Part shown: in pieces, positions 13,915 through 27,278 of the stretch
Numbering within the stretch: the stretch's first letter is position 1
Layout: every line of letters begins with the position of its first letter
Source: Psammoneis japonica
Taxonomy: Eukaryota
DNA length: 64,000 nucleotides
Direction of reading: 5' to 3'
Assembly (NCBI GenBank): GCA_008632985.1
Contig: QPGO01000156.1
Span: forward strand, 1 to 64,000
Translations under genes and position numbers: made by a program
Notes under the pieces: model-generated
Databases searched by the model: none
Told to the model about the DNA's origin: nothing
The model's input: the letters and a program-made list of their open reading frames with translations, nothing else

Positions 13915-16470
13915 AACATCGCCACAAATTGCCGCAGAAAAAAATGTGTCCTTCTTCTCTGTGTTGTCAAAAAAATTGGCAGCCATCACTTTTGCCCCAG
14001 GCAAGAAAATCCTGGACAAATCACAGCAGACTTTTAGCAAGTTTTGTGCATCACATGTGTTTCAATCAAGACACCCAGCATGCAAGTGTTGGCAGGTGGT
14101 GTCCTTCAATCTCCTCTGAGACAACAACACAGGAGATTTGTGCTGAAGAAAAACATGTGCACACTCAAGTGAGTTTCCGAACTTTTTTTTTAGAGACAAG
14201 GGAGAGCCATGCAGCTGTGCCAGAAGACTGCTCTTTTTGTGCTGTCTGAGCTTGGGTTTGATGCAGGGAATCTCCTGTGTGAACAAACAAGACAGCAGGA
14301 GCAACACCCGCCATTCACAATGGCTGCCATGTCAGTCAGAGGCCAGCAAAAGAATTCTGCCACAACTGCACAATGGCACAGGCAAAGGGTGGCAGGATGC
14401 ACCAAACTTGTTTTGAAAGCAAGTGTTTTTTGTAAACATGAGTCACCACACTTTTTTGATGTTCAACAGGCAGGCCCTGCGGCTTGGAAACTCATCCTGA
14501 CATGGAAGTTTCTGACAAACTGAGTCTGTTGGTCAACCAACAACAGAGCGCCAATGCCAATCAGCCTCTTTTCTCAGCATTCTCAGCATGGACTTTTTTA
14601 GCTCCACTGGCTCCAAATCAGAGCCCCCTGTGAAATGTGAAAAAAGAGCTGCAGTCACACAAATGATGACACCATCTGGAAAGAATGCACAATCTTGCTT
14701 TGGATTGAGCATTGCAGTGTTTTTGTTTTTCACTTGACAACTTGCACATCTTGCTTTCTCACACTCAAGCTGGTTGAACAAGGTTTGCTTTCCAGCACTC
14801 AATGACTCAAAGATGTGGAAACATCAGTGTTCTCAACATGATTGTCGTGCACAGTCATTGCAGACAAGAAGTGCACTCAAGCCAGATTGTGGCAATGTGT
14901 TGTTGTTGTTGTCATCATTGGCATTGTTGTTGTTCATTGATGTGTCAACATGCTTTCTGGCAAAGCTTGCGGTGGGGTCACATGGCGCCAAATGTTCCCC
15001 ATCAAAGATCTTGAAAAAATCATCCTGGCTGGTGTTTTGGAGCAACAGAAACCAACAACAATCATTGCTGTGCAAACAACATGCCCAATCAGGACATGGA
15101 GTGGATGTTTGCTCTGTCATCTTTTCAAGGGAGCCTTCAAGGACAGCATTCTTCTCAGAAAATTTCTTGCCACAAAGCAAGAAATGAGGATGGGTTCTTT
15201 CAGGCTTGGGGACACAAGTGCATCGAAAAGTCTTTTGATGTTTGCATGGTGATGTCTGCAAATGCTGGCAATCCTCTGTGCCCCAGCAAAGAGTTGAATT
15301 GGCATGAAAGAGTCACACCCAGCGCCACCCTCCTTGATGCATCACTTCTGGTGCTTTTCTGGCACATTCTTCCAAGCAAAAAATGAGGTCTTCTGGCACA
15401 TTCTTCCAAGCAAAAAATGAGGTCTTCTGGCACATTCTTCCAAGCAAAAAATGAGGTCGTGTCAAGCATCTTGTGGCTCTCTTCTGGAACATCTTTGACA
15501 GCTCTCAACAAAGTGCTGGAAAAGGACAGTGGCAGTGTGGGTGGAACAGATGCTGCTCAGCTGAACACCGCCGCCAATGCAGTGTCTCAGCAGTTTGTCA
15601 AGAAAAGCATGAAACCAGGTGTCTGTGGGTTTGAGTCCTGAGCAACCAGCTTGAGTTCATTTTCACTTGTGTTGATTTCTTGGAGCTGCTTGGGCCCTTG
15701 TCAAGAAACTGTCATGCCAATGGCACCAGGAAGAAAGAACAAGAGAAACTGGGGTTGGGGCTGAGCTTTGCGATGATGTTGTTTTTGCTTGACAACTTGC
15801 GTGCCTTGTTCACTTTCCTGCACATGAGCTGATTAAGCAGGGTCAACATTTCAGCATTTGGCAGGCCCAAGAATGGAGACAATCACCTTGACATCGCCAA
15901 TGTGATCGTGAGCAGTCATTGTGGAAAAGAAACAATGTGTTGTTGCTGTGAGCCAGACTTGGTTGTGTTTTCCCAGACTGCTGCATGCTCCCTCAAAGCA
16001 CTCAACATGAAGCCTGTCTTTTCTCAAACAATCAATCATGAAATGTGCTCCTGGTGCCTTTGGTGCCCGCACAACACGCTTCTTGGATGTCCTCCCTTGA
16101 AGCCCTCTTCACAGGCTCTGTCGCCATTGTGAGCACATCATGTTGAGAGTGCTTGGGGTTGGCCAATGATCGTGATGATGAAGAAAAAACCTCTGGTCCC
16201 ATCACCATGAGCACATGTCGAGAGCACTTGGGAGATTGTGGCCTGCGACCGCGGCATTGACAAAGGGAGTTGGTGGGTGGTGTGTTTTTGCCCCACAGGA
16301 GCATGACCACTCACATCAGACAGGCGAGGCATGAGTGTGGACACGATGCATGGTGTTTGTTGAGACAGCAATGTGTCCTTGTCAAATTTTCACAGTTGTT
16401 GAGTGGTGGGCCTCCGAGTCTCACACGCCATGGTGCGGTGTGCTTTTCTGGTCTGTGCTCTTTGTGCTTT
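13915..16470. mobile_element. TpA-depleted decayed repeat block, probable transposon relic of unassigned family
   Basis: Near absence of TA, only Cys/His-rich ORF fragments, same signature as the Copia block; no family motif recognised. Confidence 0.5.
15357..15458. repeat. Three perfect tandem copies of a 34-bp unit
   Basis: TTCTGGCACATTCTTCCAAGCAAAAAATGAGGTC at 15357, 15391 and 15425, with no spacers. Confidence 0.95.
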
Positions 16471-16731
16471 CTGTGCGAGAAGATAGAAGTGTCGATCTAC
16501 AAATCTGCGTACGATGGACGGACGGACTTGGGTTGTTTTTTGTTTTTTCATTCATTCGAATTCATTCACATCGAACTCCACCCACACAACTTCTGCCCAG
16601 GCAGGATAATATCTTGGATCTGCCTGCACTGTCCATGTCAACGCAAGTGAAAACACGAGCGTTCTCTCTTGATCCGGGCATTTCCAATCATAATTCATTC
16701 GTCTCGCACTGAAAAATAAAAGAGAGACATC

Positions 16732-18391
16732 ATGGTCATGAACGAAGAAGATCTCGTCGCAACCGCGTCGTCTTGGTGTGCTTTGCACGGAGTGTTGATG
16801 GGTGCACGGCACGAAACGACCCGCGAGCCAATCGGAGACTATGTATTGAGCCTGCACCCTTTTCCTTGCATCCCACGCCTTTCCGCGTAAAGCTTTTGAC
16901 AAGGCAGTCAGCATGTCAAAGCCATTCAACGGGGTCGTTCATCGTGGTGCATCATCCAAGTGGTTGCAAACAGCCATTGCAACGGCGGCGGAGGGTGATA
17001 AAGATTTTACCGGAAGACTGATGGAGCTTGCCAACCAAGTTTTAGAAAAAGAAGCAAATGGAACACCTCGAGCTCAGCGTGTGGCGTTGGGTATTTTCAG
17101 GTGCGGATGCGCACCATACATAAGATTCTCTGCCATGTTGTGTTCAAATTATTGATTCTGTTGACTTTGAATTTGTTCTTTTTTGTGTTTGTGCAGAAGC
17201 GACTATATGCTTCATGGATCTAGTGATAAGTTTGAGGACGCAATTCCTCTGCAGGTCGAACTCAACACGATTGCTTCGTCCTTTGGATGCCTTTCTACAA
17301 AAGTGACCCGCTTGCATCAACATTTGAACGCACTACTCGAGACGAATGCTGGTGATTTACCTGACAACGGTGCTGCCAACGGCATTTCCCAGGGATTGGC
17401 CATGGCTTGTCAGGAATATAATCGTCAACGACAACAAGACAGTGAGGCGAACTCCAACCTTCCCACAGTGGTGGTCATGGTGGTGCAACCGGGAGAAACC
17501 AATTCCTGTGACCAGCGGGATTTGGATTCTTGTTGCACGAGGTGCACGGAGTTCGTTTGATCCGTAGTCTCTGTCAGAATTGGCGACTTTTGCCAGTTAT
17601 GAAGGCTCGCATTTGGAGGGCGAGAACTTGTAATCCCGATGGAAATGCAAAAGTTGCAGCTGCTGTTGTCTACTATCGTGCCGGGTATACACCGAATGAT
17701 TATCCGTCGGAGACTGAATGGAAAGGCGGACTCTTGTCGAGCACAGTTCCGCCATCAAGTGTCCAGACGTGTTTTATCACTTGTTTGGTGCCAAGGTAAG
17801 AGAGTACGGCATAGTCTCTTTCATATGTCATTCGATTCTTATCCTTTTTGATTCGGGCAAACAATTTTAGAAAGTGCAACAAGCATTGGCACAGCCAGGG
17901 GCTCTTCGTCAATTTTGCGTATCGGATAGCGAAGAGGAGCTCTTAGCCTCGTCATTTGCGGCCTCTATGCCCTGGGAGAGGGTGATGACTCGGAAGTGGT
18001 CAAGGCAGCGCTCGACAAACCGCATGACTACGTGCTAAAGCCCCAGCGCGAAGGTGGAGGGAACAACCTTTACGACGATGAGCTGGTGCAAGCGTTGAAA
18101 ACCATGACGTATGCGGAACGAGGGGCTTATATTCTAATGCAAAAGATTGTGCCGCCCTCGACAAACGGTAAGCTTGTACGAGGTGGAAAGGTCGTGTACA
18201 ACGGAGAGTGTGTATGTGAACTAGGAGTATTTGGAATATCCCTCCGAGAATATGATAGTGAAAAGGATGGTCCTGGGAGAACTCTTCTAGACATTGTGGC
18301 GGGACACATACTGCGAAGCAAAAGTGTCGAGACTGACGAAGGTGGGGTGGCTGCCGGATATGCCTTTTTGAGCTCGCCCCATGTTGTATGA
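16732..18391 (+). CDS. GSS: Eukaryotic-type glutathione synthetase; introns 17101-17196 and 17796-17870; several 1-bp frameshifts
   Basis: [70 protein letters not shown] junctions restore these motifs. Confidence 0.92.
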
Positions 18392-18649
18392 AGGTGGCAA
18401 TTCAGTTGAGAGAAAATTTGTACACCAAATAGTAAGAAGTGGCTGCATCAAAATTAAAATCTTGATTTAGGGAAAAGATTTTAAACACTGCCTTGAAACA
18501 GATTCTGTGCTACTACAAAGTGGTTCCTTTCCATGATCCCTTGCCAAATATATACCGACTTAAAAGTGTCGGACTTAACGTGAGGTAAGAATCACGTCCA
18601 CTCGCCAGTTTCGTAAAGATACCTGCTTTGCCACCCTGTATGCTTCCTT

Positions 18650-19400
18650 CTAGGGCTGCTTGGTTCGCAATTGTTGTTCCTGGAGAAGCTCGTTCACTGT
18701 AATTGCCTCCGAACATGCCATATGCAACGCCACAGCCGTGAGCCAATGCCAAGCAAAGGCGTGCAAATGCAACCGTTGTATGATTGGATTGCAGGCCACC
18801 ATGTCGACAATCCACAAGGCAAATCCCAAGGCTCCCCACATCAACGACAGCAAACTATTTACCGCTGATCGCTCTCGATCCACAGGATTCTTAATGGTAA
18901 CGATGCGTCGCCCAGCCGCATATGCTGACGCCAAAACAGCCACAAACAAATGAACTTCGCAAAAGATTTCAGGGATACAAAAAATGCCATGCCGAGAAGG
19001 ACAACATGGACCGAAAAGTAGATATATCGGGCCTTTGGTGATTCGGTCGTCCACCAACAATGGGAAAAATATGCGAATAGAGCAACCAAGAATCATGGCA
19101 CTTTCGAAAAACTCGTCCGTCTTTTGACCCACATAAATCAGTGTAGCATGAAACCAGGCGGAGGTGACTCCAGTCATAACAGCAAAGAGACAAAAACAGT
19201 ACAAGAGCGGGTCCCTGGGAGAGCTTCCAAATGTCAAGCGGTATGCATTCACCACGCCAACCACGACGTAGGCCACAGTCGACCAGTGTTGTGATATTCT
19301 TGAATGCCCCACGGGTTGATTTCAGGGAGGTTAGGTTCACACCAATCAATCGGGCGGGACCCCATAAGATCTCCTGTGTTGGAATCTGAAACAGAGGCAT
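18650..19400 (-). CDS. Alkaline ceramidase family (CREST) membrane hydrolase; frameshifted
   Basis: N-terminal WGP..DWCE, SAWFHATL..Q..DE, LHAFAWHWLT, multiple TM segments. Confidence 0.8.
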
Positions 19401-19987
19401 GGTTGATAATTAATCTGCTTCTGTGTGGTACGGTAGAGTAGAAGATAGAAGGTTATCTCAAGGTTCGCTTGGCTGGGTCGATTTTTGCTGCATTGGCGGC
19501 TGCAAGCAACCAAGCAACATAGGGCCTAGGCTGCAACAAGCTCCACGCTCTGCTTTCCGGCTTGGAACTTGGAACGGTTTTGCGGCTGTAGAATCCTACG
19601 CAAAATAAGTACCAAGATTTCAAAAATTTCGAATTTCTGTAAAAGCGCAGACGCCTAACTTACCGTACCATCCATGCATCCCACGCACTTCGCCGACCTT
19701 GCACCTGCTTGACCTCCTACTTTGGCTATTACCTCTAGAGTAGCTAGAAGTGCTACTTTCTAGAGGTTACAGGCACCTAAGTTATAAGGTAGAGAGAGAG
19801 CTCATCTTTTATATTTTGTATCTCGTGTCGGTGGATTACACTACAGTATCCACTACAGTATGCAAATCGAAAAGTCCTCCTGCATGTGCTGAGTGCCAAC
19901 AGGAAGAATGTGATGAGTCCTTTGCCATTATCGCTCCTCGTGTCTTTTAACTTTTCCAAAGAAAGAACCTCCATTGTCTATTGAACT

Positions 19988-22119
19988 TTAAATCTCGATT
20001 CTTTTTCCAACGGGGATGCCATCAAATCCATCTTGCTTCATGGTTTCGAAACCGAAGGTTTGACAGAAAAATCATACTCACTGTTGAGCGCGTGTTGGAT
20101 GTTTTCACTCTTTCGAAAGCCATGCTGCTCGCCCTTGTAAATGACCAAGGTCGATGGCAGTGACTTTTCTTGCATCGCTTAAACATGACCTCAGCTTGAT
20201 CAGGTGGTACAACCTTGTCTTCGTCGCCCTGAAGCAGGAGCAAGGGCAGCTCAGCTTGTCGACAAAATGAATGGGCAGCGCTCCTTGTAGATTGCCTCTT
20301 TTTGTGGGTACGGTCCAATGAGGCCATCCATGTATCGGCTTTCAAACTTGTGCGTTCCCGTGTACAGCGTCGTCAAGTCCGACACGCCGTACTTGGAAGC
20401 TCCCGCACAAAAGACGTCGCCAAACGTCAGTGCCGCCAGAGTCGTGTAGCCACCGGCACTGCCGCCATCAATGCACAGCCAATCACCATTTACAAGTCCC
20501 TGTTCAACGCAATACTTGGCACCATTGGTAACATCTGCCACGTCAATAATGCCCCATTTGTCACGAAGGCTCTGCCTATACTCGGAACCGTAACCGGTAG
20601 ACCCACCATAGTCCACATCGAGCACTGCAAATCCACGGCTTGTCCAAAACTGAATATCCAAACGAAATGTTGTAGATGTTCGAGATGTTGGTCCTCCGTG
20701 TGCCTTGACCAAGAGCGGAGGCCTGAAATCACCAAGTCGGGCAACAAGTTGGTGGGCGGATAAAAGAATCCATACCCGTACCCGACACCACTATTGTCGG
20801 ATGGAAACTTGATGAGTTTGGGTGTCGAGGACACGTCACGAATGGGATCGAGATTCACGTCCGCGCAAAGAGACGGGACAATTTCTTGCGCTACACAAGA
20901 CTCATCTCCGGGTCGTTCCCACCGCCAGATGGAAGGAGGATCCATGGTGGAGCCTCCAATAAAGTATAGACTCTTTGCTGTGGCGCACAATGAGGAAATG
21001 GACGTGGAGGAAAAGCACGTTCGTCCAAATTCTCGTACATTTGTGGGCGTGCCATTGTCCAATGATATAATGACGACTCTAGATCCAGTGTCTTCTTCTC
21101 CTTCTGATGCCTCATCAGTAGAGGAGCTTGGTGAATAAAAAGCAACGATAGATCCATCGGGTAGAAACGTGTAGTTGGTCAGGCCTAATATCCATCCTTG
21201 AGCGCCGCCGCAAAAGTCTGCGTCTCTAGGATACAACGCAACAGCTTTCGATGACGTTTCTTCTTCTTCTTCTTGCCAATGATACAGGTTGTACCATCCA
21301 CTGACATCACTCATAAAGTACAGACAGCCGTCTTGAGGAGACCACTGTGGTTCCGTCACACTTATTCGTTCTCCGCTCTCGTTCTGCCCGTGAACGGCTA
21401 CAGGCTCCCCGACAGGTTTCAATCCCTCATCTAGATTATGTACATATAATGTTGTTCCATCCCATGGCATATTTGGATGATCCCAAGCCACAAAAGCCAA
21501 TCTGCTGTTGTCGAGTTCACTCGAGGGTAAGCATAGAAATCATGCCCACTCGCCAATGTAGTGAGTGTGCCTCTTCCATCCAACGAGATTGTTACTATGG
21601 AATTTACAACCTTGGACGGAGCGGGATCCGTGTGATCTTCCATGATGCAAACCACGAGTGCCTCTTTTTCTGTTTCTACAATGCTAAAGTCTGCAAACCG
21701 CAATGGCGATTTTGTTCGTTTGGTGGAGGATATACCCTCTGAGGCTCGGGAGATTCTGGTTTTCCCAATAAACAACGTACTCGGAAAGTCCGTGTACACG
21801 ACGCCTTGACCTTTTGGTCCAATTGTAAAGGCACCACCACCATACTCGTGCACAGCGGATCGAACGTTTGCACTTTGCAAGGTACTGGGCTCGGCTACTA
21901 CTATGGATCCATCATCATTATTTTCGTGCAGAGACTTGACGCACGTCTTTCCCATGTTTTTGGGATCGCGACACCCAAAGTAAACCTCATTTCCATGAGA
22001 ACGCAGATTGGAAAACGAAACACCCGCCAAGGCAACTGTTTCTGCAGAAATGGGAGTGGACCTGCCGTCAGGACGAGCTTGTCCTTTTTCAAAGGAGGCA
22101 ACGACGACGAAGACGCCAT
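19988..22119 (-). CDS. Peptidase S9 (acylaminoacyl/dipeptidyl peptidase-like); multiple frameshifts
   Basis: [52 protein letters not shown] (catalytic Ser), [19 protein letters not shown]. Confidence 0.9.
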
Positions 22120-22603
22120 GGTTGAGGCGTTGTGCTGTGTGTGCTGTTGCAGAATCACCGACGCGCGGTCGACTGACCGACCATACATGTACCGTATCAG
22201 ATTTGCCGCCCAGTTGAAATAGAGTGTATTCTCTGTTTCTGTAACATATTAAACACTCATATATATAAATCCGTTGGTAGTTTACTTAAAAGAAATTATT
22301 CTTCTTTGGCCATAGTGGCGACTAGCACGCGCGGATGCAGAGAACCGTTGGTTTCTGCTCACTTTTCGCGAGAGTTTGAACCCGGTGTTGACTGAACAAC
22401 CTCCAAACCTGCCTTTCGTCGTCGAGAGCTTCGTCATCATCGCTGTCCGACGGCTTGCATCCATATACCTACTCTACGACTATACCGAAGCGTTTCTTTG
22501 TCAACATCAGCCTTTGACGTTTTTTTTTAAGTCTCCATAGACTGTGCAGCCTGTTGAGAAACAACAAAGCAAAAAACAAAACATACCGTTCAGACAAGCC
22601 GCA

Positions 22604-23580
22604 ATGTTCTCCAGTAACCACTCACGCTTCTCCAGCAAAAGTAAACACGGCAAGAAATCAAATCGCGGACTGTCGATTGCCACTTCGGAAGATTCTGGCT
22701 GTGAGCTGATTATCCGTCCTAGTTCGAGCGGAAGCAGCGAAAGTCGAGCCAATAGCAAGGTCAGCGAGTCGAGTCGCGGTAGTAGTTTTCGTAATCGATT
22801 TCGTCGAGGTGGCTCCAAGAAAAACAAGAATGAGTCATTGAAACGAGAAAAGGGCCACCCTCCCAACAAGCCGCCGTCTCGAACCGCGGCTGTGTCGAAT
22901 GGGAAAATATCTCCTCCCGCGGAGCTGAGGTTGAAATTACTGCCTCGCATTGCAGACTACCGAGAACGGGGATGGATCAATACAACGGAAGAAGCTAACC
23001 TTATGAAGACTCTGTCGGATCAGCCAGTGGACTTCGAAACAACAGTCGATCACGCTGCACTTCACGTTGAGAAAGCGTTGGATGTGATTCGCGACAAGAA
23101 AGAAAAACATGAAAAATACAGCGCGAAAGTCGGGACGAAACGTCCCAGTCCAACCAGAGTCAGGCAAGAAACACCTCATTAGACGCAATTCAATCGATTC
23201 AACAAGGAGAGGCTTGTATTGCATATCCATCCGAGGTCTGGGACGCCAAGGAAATTGAAAGCAAAGAAAAGCTAAAAGAGATGTTTGTGGCAATGTGCTT
23301 TTTCGCTCGATTAGGATTCATTCAACCGCCGTCATGCTTGCGATGTGCTCACCGGGAAAGTATGCATGACAAACCTCGTGATGATACATGTAAGCACTGG
23401 GTTGCGTGGCGGAAGAACGCAAAAACCCAACTGCATCCAGATGAATTGGAAGGGAATGTAATTATGGTACAATGTCACGCGGCACGCTCTCTAGTCGACG
23501 GAAAAGAGATTCAAGGCTATAAATGGGATGCTCAAGAGAAACTATTGAGATATGCACCAGCAGTGAATCAGCCTGAGTAG
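22604..23580 (+). CDS. Hypothetical protein with Cys-containing C-terminal domain; apparent frameshift(s) at about 23180-23280
   Basis: Consecutive same-strand ORFs 22544-23182 and 23281-23580 (MCFFARLGFIQPPSCLRC..CKHWVAWRK..QCHA) with normal composition. Confidence 0.5.
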
Positions 23581-24076
23581 GACATTCCCATGGAATCTGA
23601 CGTAGGGATGAAAATAGGGAGAAAATGATCATTCTTTATCGAACTTTATTGTCATGATTTTCTCCTGGCTCGACAGCAAGCTTACGCGAGGGATACTATG
23701 CGCACCGTTGGTAATATGTATGCACGCTTCGTCTGGTGTGTTCTCTTGGTTTGGGATAAAGAACGTTCTCCAACGACGCCAAACGATGTTTGGGAGCGGC
23801 TTTCAAAACGCATCTCGATTGAGTCGTGGTTCACGAATCATGTTTGAAAAATGTCAGAAACGGTTCAGAAATGATCAGTTGCAAATTCTGGGCTCTTCGC
23901 CGAAACGATTGAATTTCGCTCGGCATTTGCTGTCATAAAACACAAAACTTCTCTTCTGACAAGCATTGAGCAACATGAAGACGTGCAACATCAGCTTCCC
24001 GGTTCCGACGTCTCCCATCACACGACGGAAGCGTGTTGAGTCTCCAGCGGCGGATGCGAGAAGCGAGCGGTAAAAG

Positions 24077-25644
24077 ATGGACAAGAGCACCTCACCAGGA
24101 TTAGACTTTGAGGGTAAACGTGCGGCGATCCCGATCGTGGAGTTGGAGAAGCGGAAGATCGACGTTGCCAAAGCTGGTATCCCTACACCCGAGCTTCTTC
24201 AGGAAGCGACGTTGAGCGTCAACGCGCCGAGATTCCGACAGAGGACTCGAAGATGCGGAAGCTTGATGGTAACGAGGCCGGTAAGAAGACTGTCGAACTT
24301 TCTGCTGGTAACGACACCAAGCGCAAACCAGTTGAGATCCCGAAGGCGGATTCGAAGAAGAGCGCTGCCAACAATGGAGGGACAAATGCCACGACATTTG
24401 AGTTATCACCAGGACTCAACATTGAGCGTTTGAGGCTGCATGGAGACTTCAATGCTCTATTAAAGCTGGTAGAAAAGGTGAAGGCGCTTAGGAATGACAT
24501 CAAAAGGTTTCCGTCAACAACGCACCCTACGGTAATCTACAACAACAGCGAAATGGAGCCACGGCAGATCATCAACGCTGTTTCACGTATGCGTTCGCTA
24601 GTTCTGAACGAAGCCTCTGCTACGATACCAAGAGGAAGTGATATACTTCTCGATTCGCTGATCAACGAAGCATTTGACGTATTGCAGAAAGAGGTAGACC
24701 GCTGTGAAGCAATCAGAGTTGCTAACTGTCCCAAGCCACCTCCCCAAGACCTAAAGGAGAAGGCTCAGCCGAGCAAACGAAAATTACTTACCATGCCTCC
24801 GAACCCTGGTAGCCAGCAGTCGAGAAAGAAGTCGAGAATGAGCGACAGCGGATTGAGCCGTCCGACCCCCCAGGTTTCCGCCAACATGAGAGAGAGGCGT
24901 CGAGATAGTGAAGCGCTCGAGGATTTCGGACAAACAAACGCCTTGCTTAAAGGAACGAAAAAGGTGTATCATCCCGCAAGCGCTCGCGGTTACTATGGTA
25001 ACCCCGTCTCCTTTCACTCGCCGCCTACCAACGAACGCTGCAAGCCGGGATCACGAACCGGCCAGTACTTGTACCAAAAGGAACCATCCTTTATTCCTGG
25101 TCATCACGGGAAGGCTCCTGTTAGAGGCACGTCCAACTCTCACCCATTGCCAGGATTTGGTGTCCGTCAAATCCATTCAAGCGGTCACGGTCAGCTGAAA
25201 AAGTTTCCCTATGCTCGTGAGGCATACGAGCACTACCAGAATTCACTTGTCGATCCAAAACATTTCGAGCAATGGAAAAGTACAGCCACCACACCTCGTA
25301 TTCGGAATGCTCGGAATGGATCTTCGAAGAAAGCCAAGCCAGCTCTGATGAGGCCTAAATCGTGGAATAAGCGTCCTATGACAGGCGAGCCGAACTCGGA
25401 TGTGCGTATCAATCTAGTCGGAACGAACCAAAACTCCGGAAACTTTCACATGCCGAGTTCTCGACGTGAAACCGTTGCCACCAATCGCCCTAGGACGTTT
25501 TGGAATCAGAGCAAAATTAGCCAGCGATTGCACGCGCCGGAAATCGTCGAGGTGGAAGAATCAGATAGTGACGATGAAGTGATCGTTGTTGGTGTCACTA
25601 AGCCGATGGGTCGAAACCAGGGGTCTCACGTCCTCAAAAAGTGA
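24077..25644 (+). CDS. Hypothetical, largely disordered protein; start uncertain, likely frameshift near 24250
   Basis: 463-aa ORF plus an overlapping upstream ORF; no domain recognised. Confidence 0.5.
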
Positions 25645-26345
25645 ACGATTAAATCCACTCTTGATCGCAAGACGCTCGACCAAACATATCTCATTAATGT
25701 CTTTAAGTAAAATAAACAACGGAAAACGATTCTTGTATTAGCTGATGTCTCTTTCGAAGACGTTGTGACAGCAACAATGTTTTTGAGGGCGAGACCAAAG
25801 CAACTACCACCGTCCAACTAACTTGTCTCTAGCACCAGCAGTCTCCGCTTTACGAGCTAATCATGCTTCCAGATCCTCTCTAGAAAACGACTTATCATTC
25901 CAACTTCGTGACGATAAAAGGAACACGATCAATTTGTGGAGGTTGAATCCTGAATAATCGCGTTCCCTCGAACGGTATTTTGCATGAATCATGACCTGCT
26001 GTGAGATGCAAGAGGGATCCAGGATCAAACGCTCAATTCGAGTTTCGAGTCACTAAGTTGATGGCGACGAACAAAGCGGCCCGCTGGCAACGAGATGGCG
26101 GAACGCTTCTCTCTCTACTCTCAACACATACGAGTAGTACAGAACACTCGGCGAGGATTGGAGGTGACGAAATCGAACAAAGGTTGAGGAAGATCCAAGA
26201 CCTCCCACAACAAAAAAGGCGAAACGGAACTGCCTGAAGCTCGCGTATCGGTATGTGCAACTGCGTGTGGGTCCTTTCCGAAGTGGGTTGTTCCGTGCAA
26301 TGCAAGAAAAGCCACTCCACTACCTGCTGCTGAAAGACTTCGACT

Positions 26346-27278
26346 TCATACTTGCCTGTTCTCTGCTGGAACTCGAATCAACATTTTCAAGAACCTCTCT
26401 GTCCTCTCGCCAACTTCGTTTTCATGCAAGGCATATTCTGTTGTCTCCAAATCAAAAACTCCATCAAGGGCTTTTTTCTTCAACCAGTCTCGAAATTGAG
26501 GCAAAGCCTCTCGATGTTCCGGTGGTAAGGGTGAAACGAAAATGATAGTCTTACAGCCATTTGCACCATCAACAAGGATTTCGATTGCTCGGTAAAAATG
26601 AGGCAGATCATCAGGGAAGTAAACTACGTCACTTCCAACCACCAAATCCGGTTGAAACGAATCTCGTGCTTTCACCACAGTCTCTGGCTTGAAGAAGTCT
26701 AGTCTTTGTATACTTGCGTTTTTCTTTTCATCGTATACGTTGTATGCCAAATTGACTCTGTGCCACTTCTCGGGTATAAGTCGCTTTTCATCAAATTCAT
26801 CACCCTCTTCATACCAAAAGTCTGTCGCCAAGACAGCGCGAGCGTGAAGAACATCCCGAAACACCACGGATGGCAAACCCACACCGGCACCCAATTCCAT
26901 TACCCTCTTGTTTCGGATATTCTCGGCAATGCTGTCCATACACAATACCAAACTACTTGGCCAAACTGTGTATCCAAGTTTGCTGCAGCTGAACGACGTT
27001 CGACGGACCGTGACGCAACTAGATGCACCTTCAAAGAAAAACGTTTTTAGTGCCGTTGGATACCATTCTGCCACTTCGTCGTCATGGTCATTAGAAAGCT
27101 GAGGCTCCAACTCATAGCATTTTCCAACAATGTCGTCACTCTTGGTGAGAATGTAGGTGCTGATGATTGGTCGACTAAATGTTGGCATAGTTGGAACGGA
27201 AAAAGCCGAAACATCATGGCAGTTCGGAGAAGCAACGATCAGCAGAATCATAGCATGCCGTATCCATTGGAGTATCAT
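26346..27278 (-). CDS. Methyltransf_16-type (METTL21-like) SAM-dependent protein methyltransferase, probably plastid-targeted
   Basis: GYTVWPSSLVL, VMELGAGVGLPS, VVGSDVVY; signal peptide followed by VSAF. Confidence 0.85.
   Translation of the reverse strand: MILQWIRHAMILLIVASPNCHDVSAFSVPTMPTFSRPIISTYILTKSDDIVGKCYELEPQLSNDHDDEVAEWYPTALKTFFFEGASSCVTVRRTSFSCSKLGYTVWPSSLVLCMDSIAENIRNKRVMELGAGVGLPSVVFRDVLHARAVLATDFWYEEGDEFDEKRLIPEKWHRVNLAYNVYDEKKNASIQRLDFFKPETVVKARDSFQPDLVVGSDVVYFPDDLPHFYRAIEILVDGANGCKTIIFVSPLPPEHREALPQFRDWLKKKALDGVFDLETTEYALHENEVGERTERFLKMLIRVPAENRQV

Noticed and set aside
15357..15458. CRISPR-like 34-bp repeats
   Set aside because: Head-to-tail with no spacers, no cas genes, eukaryotic context.
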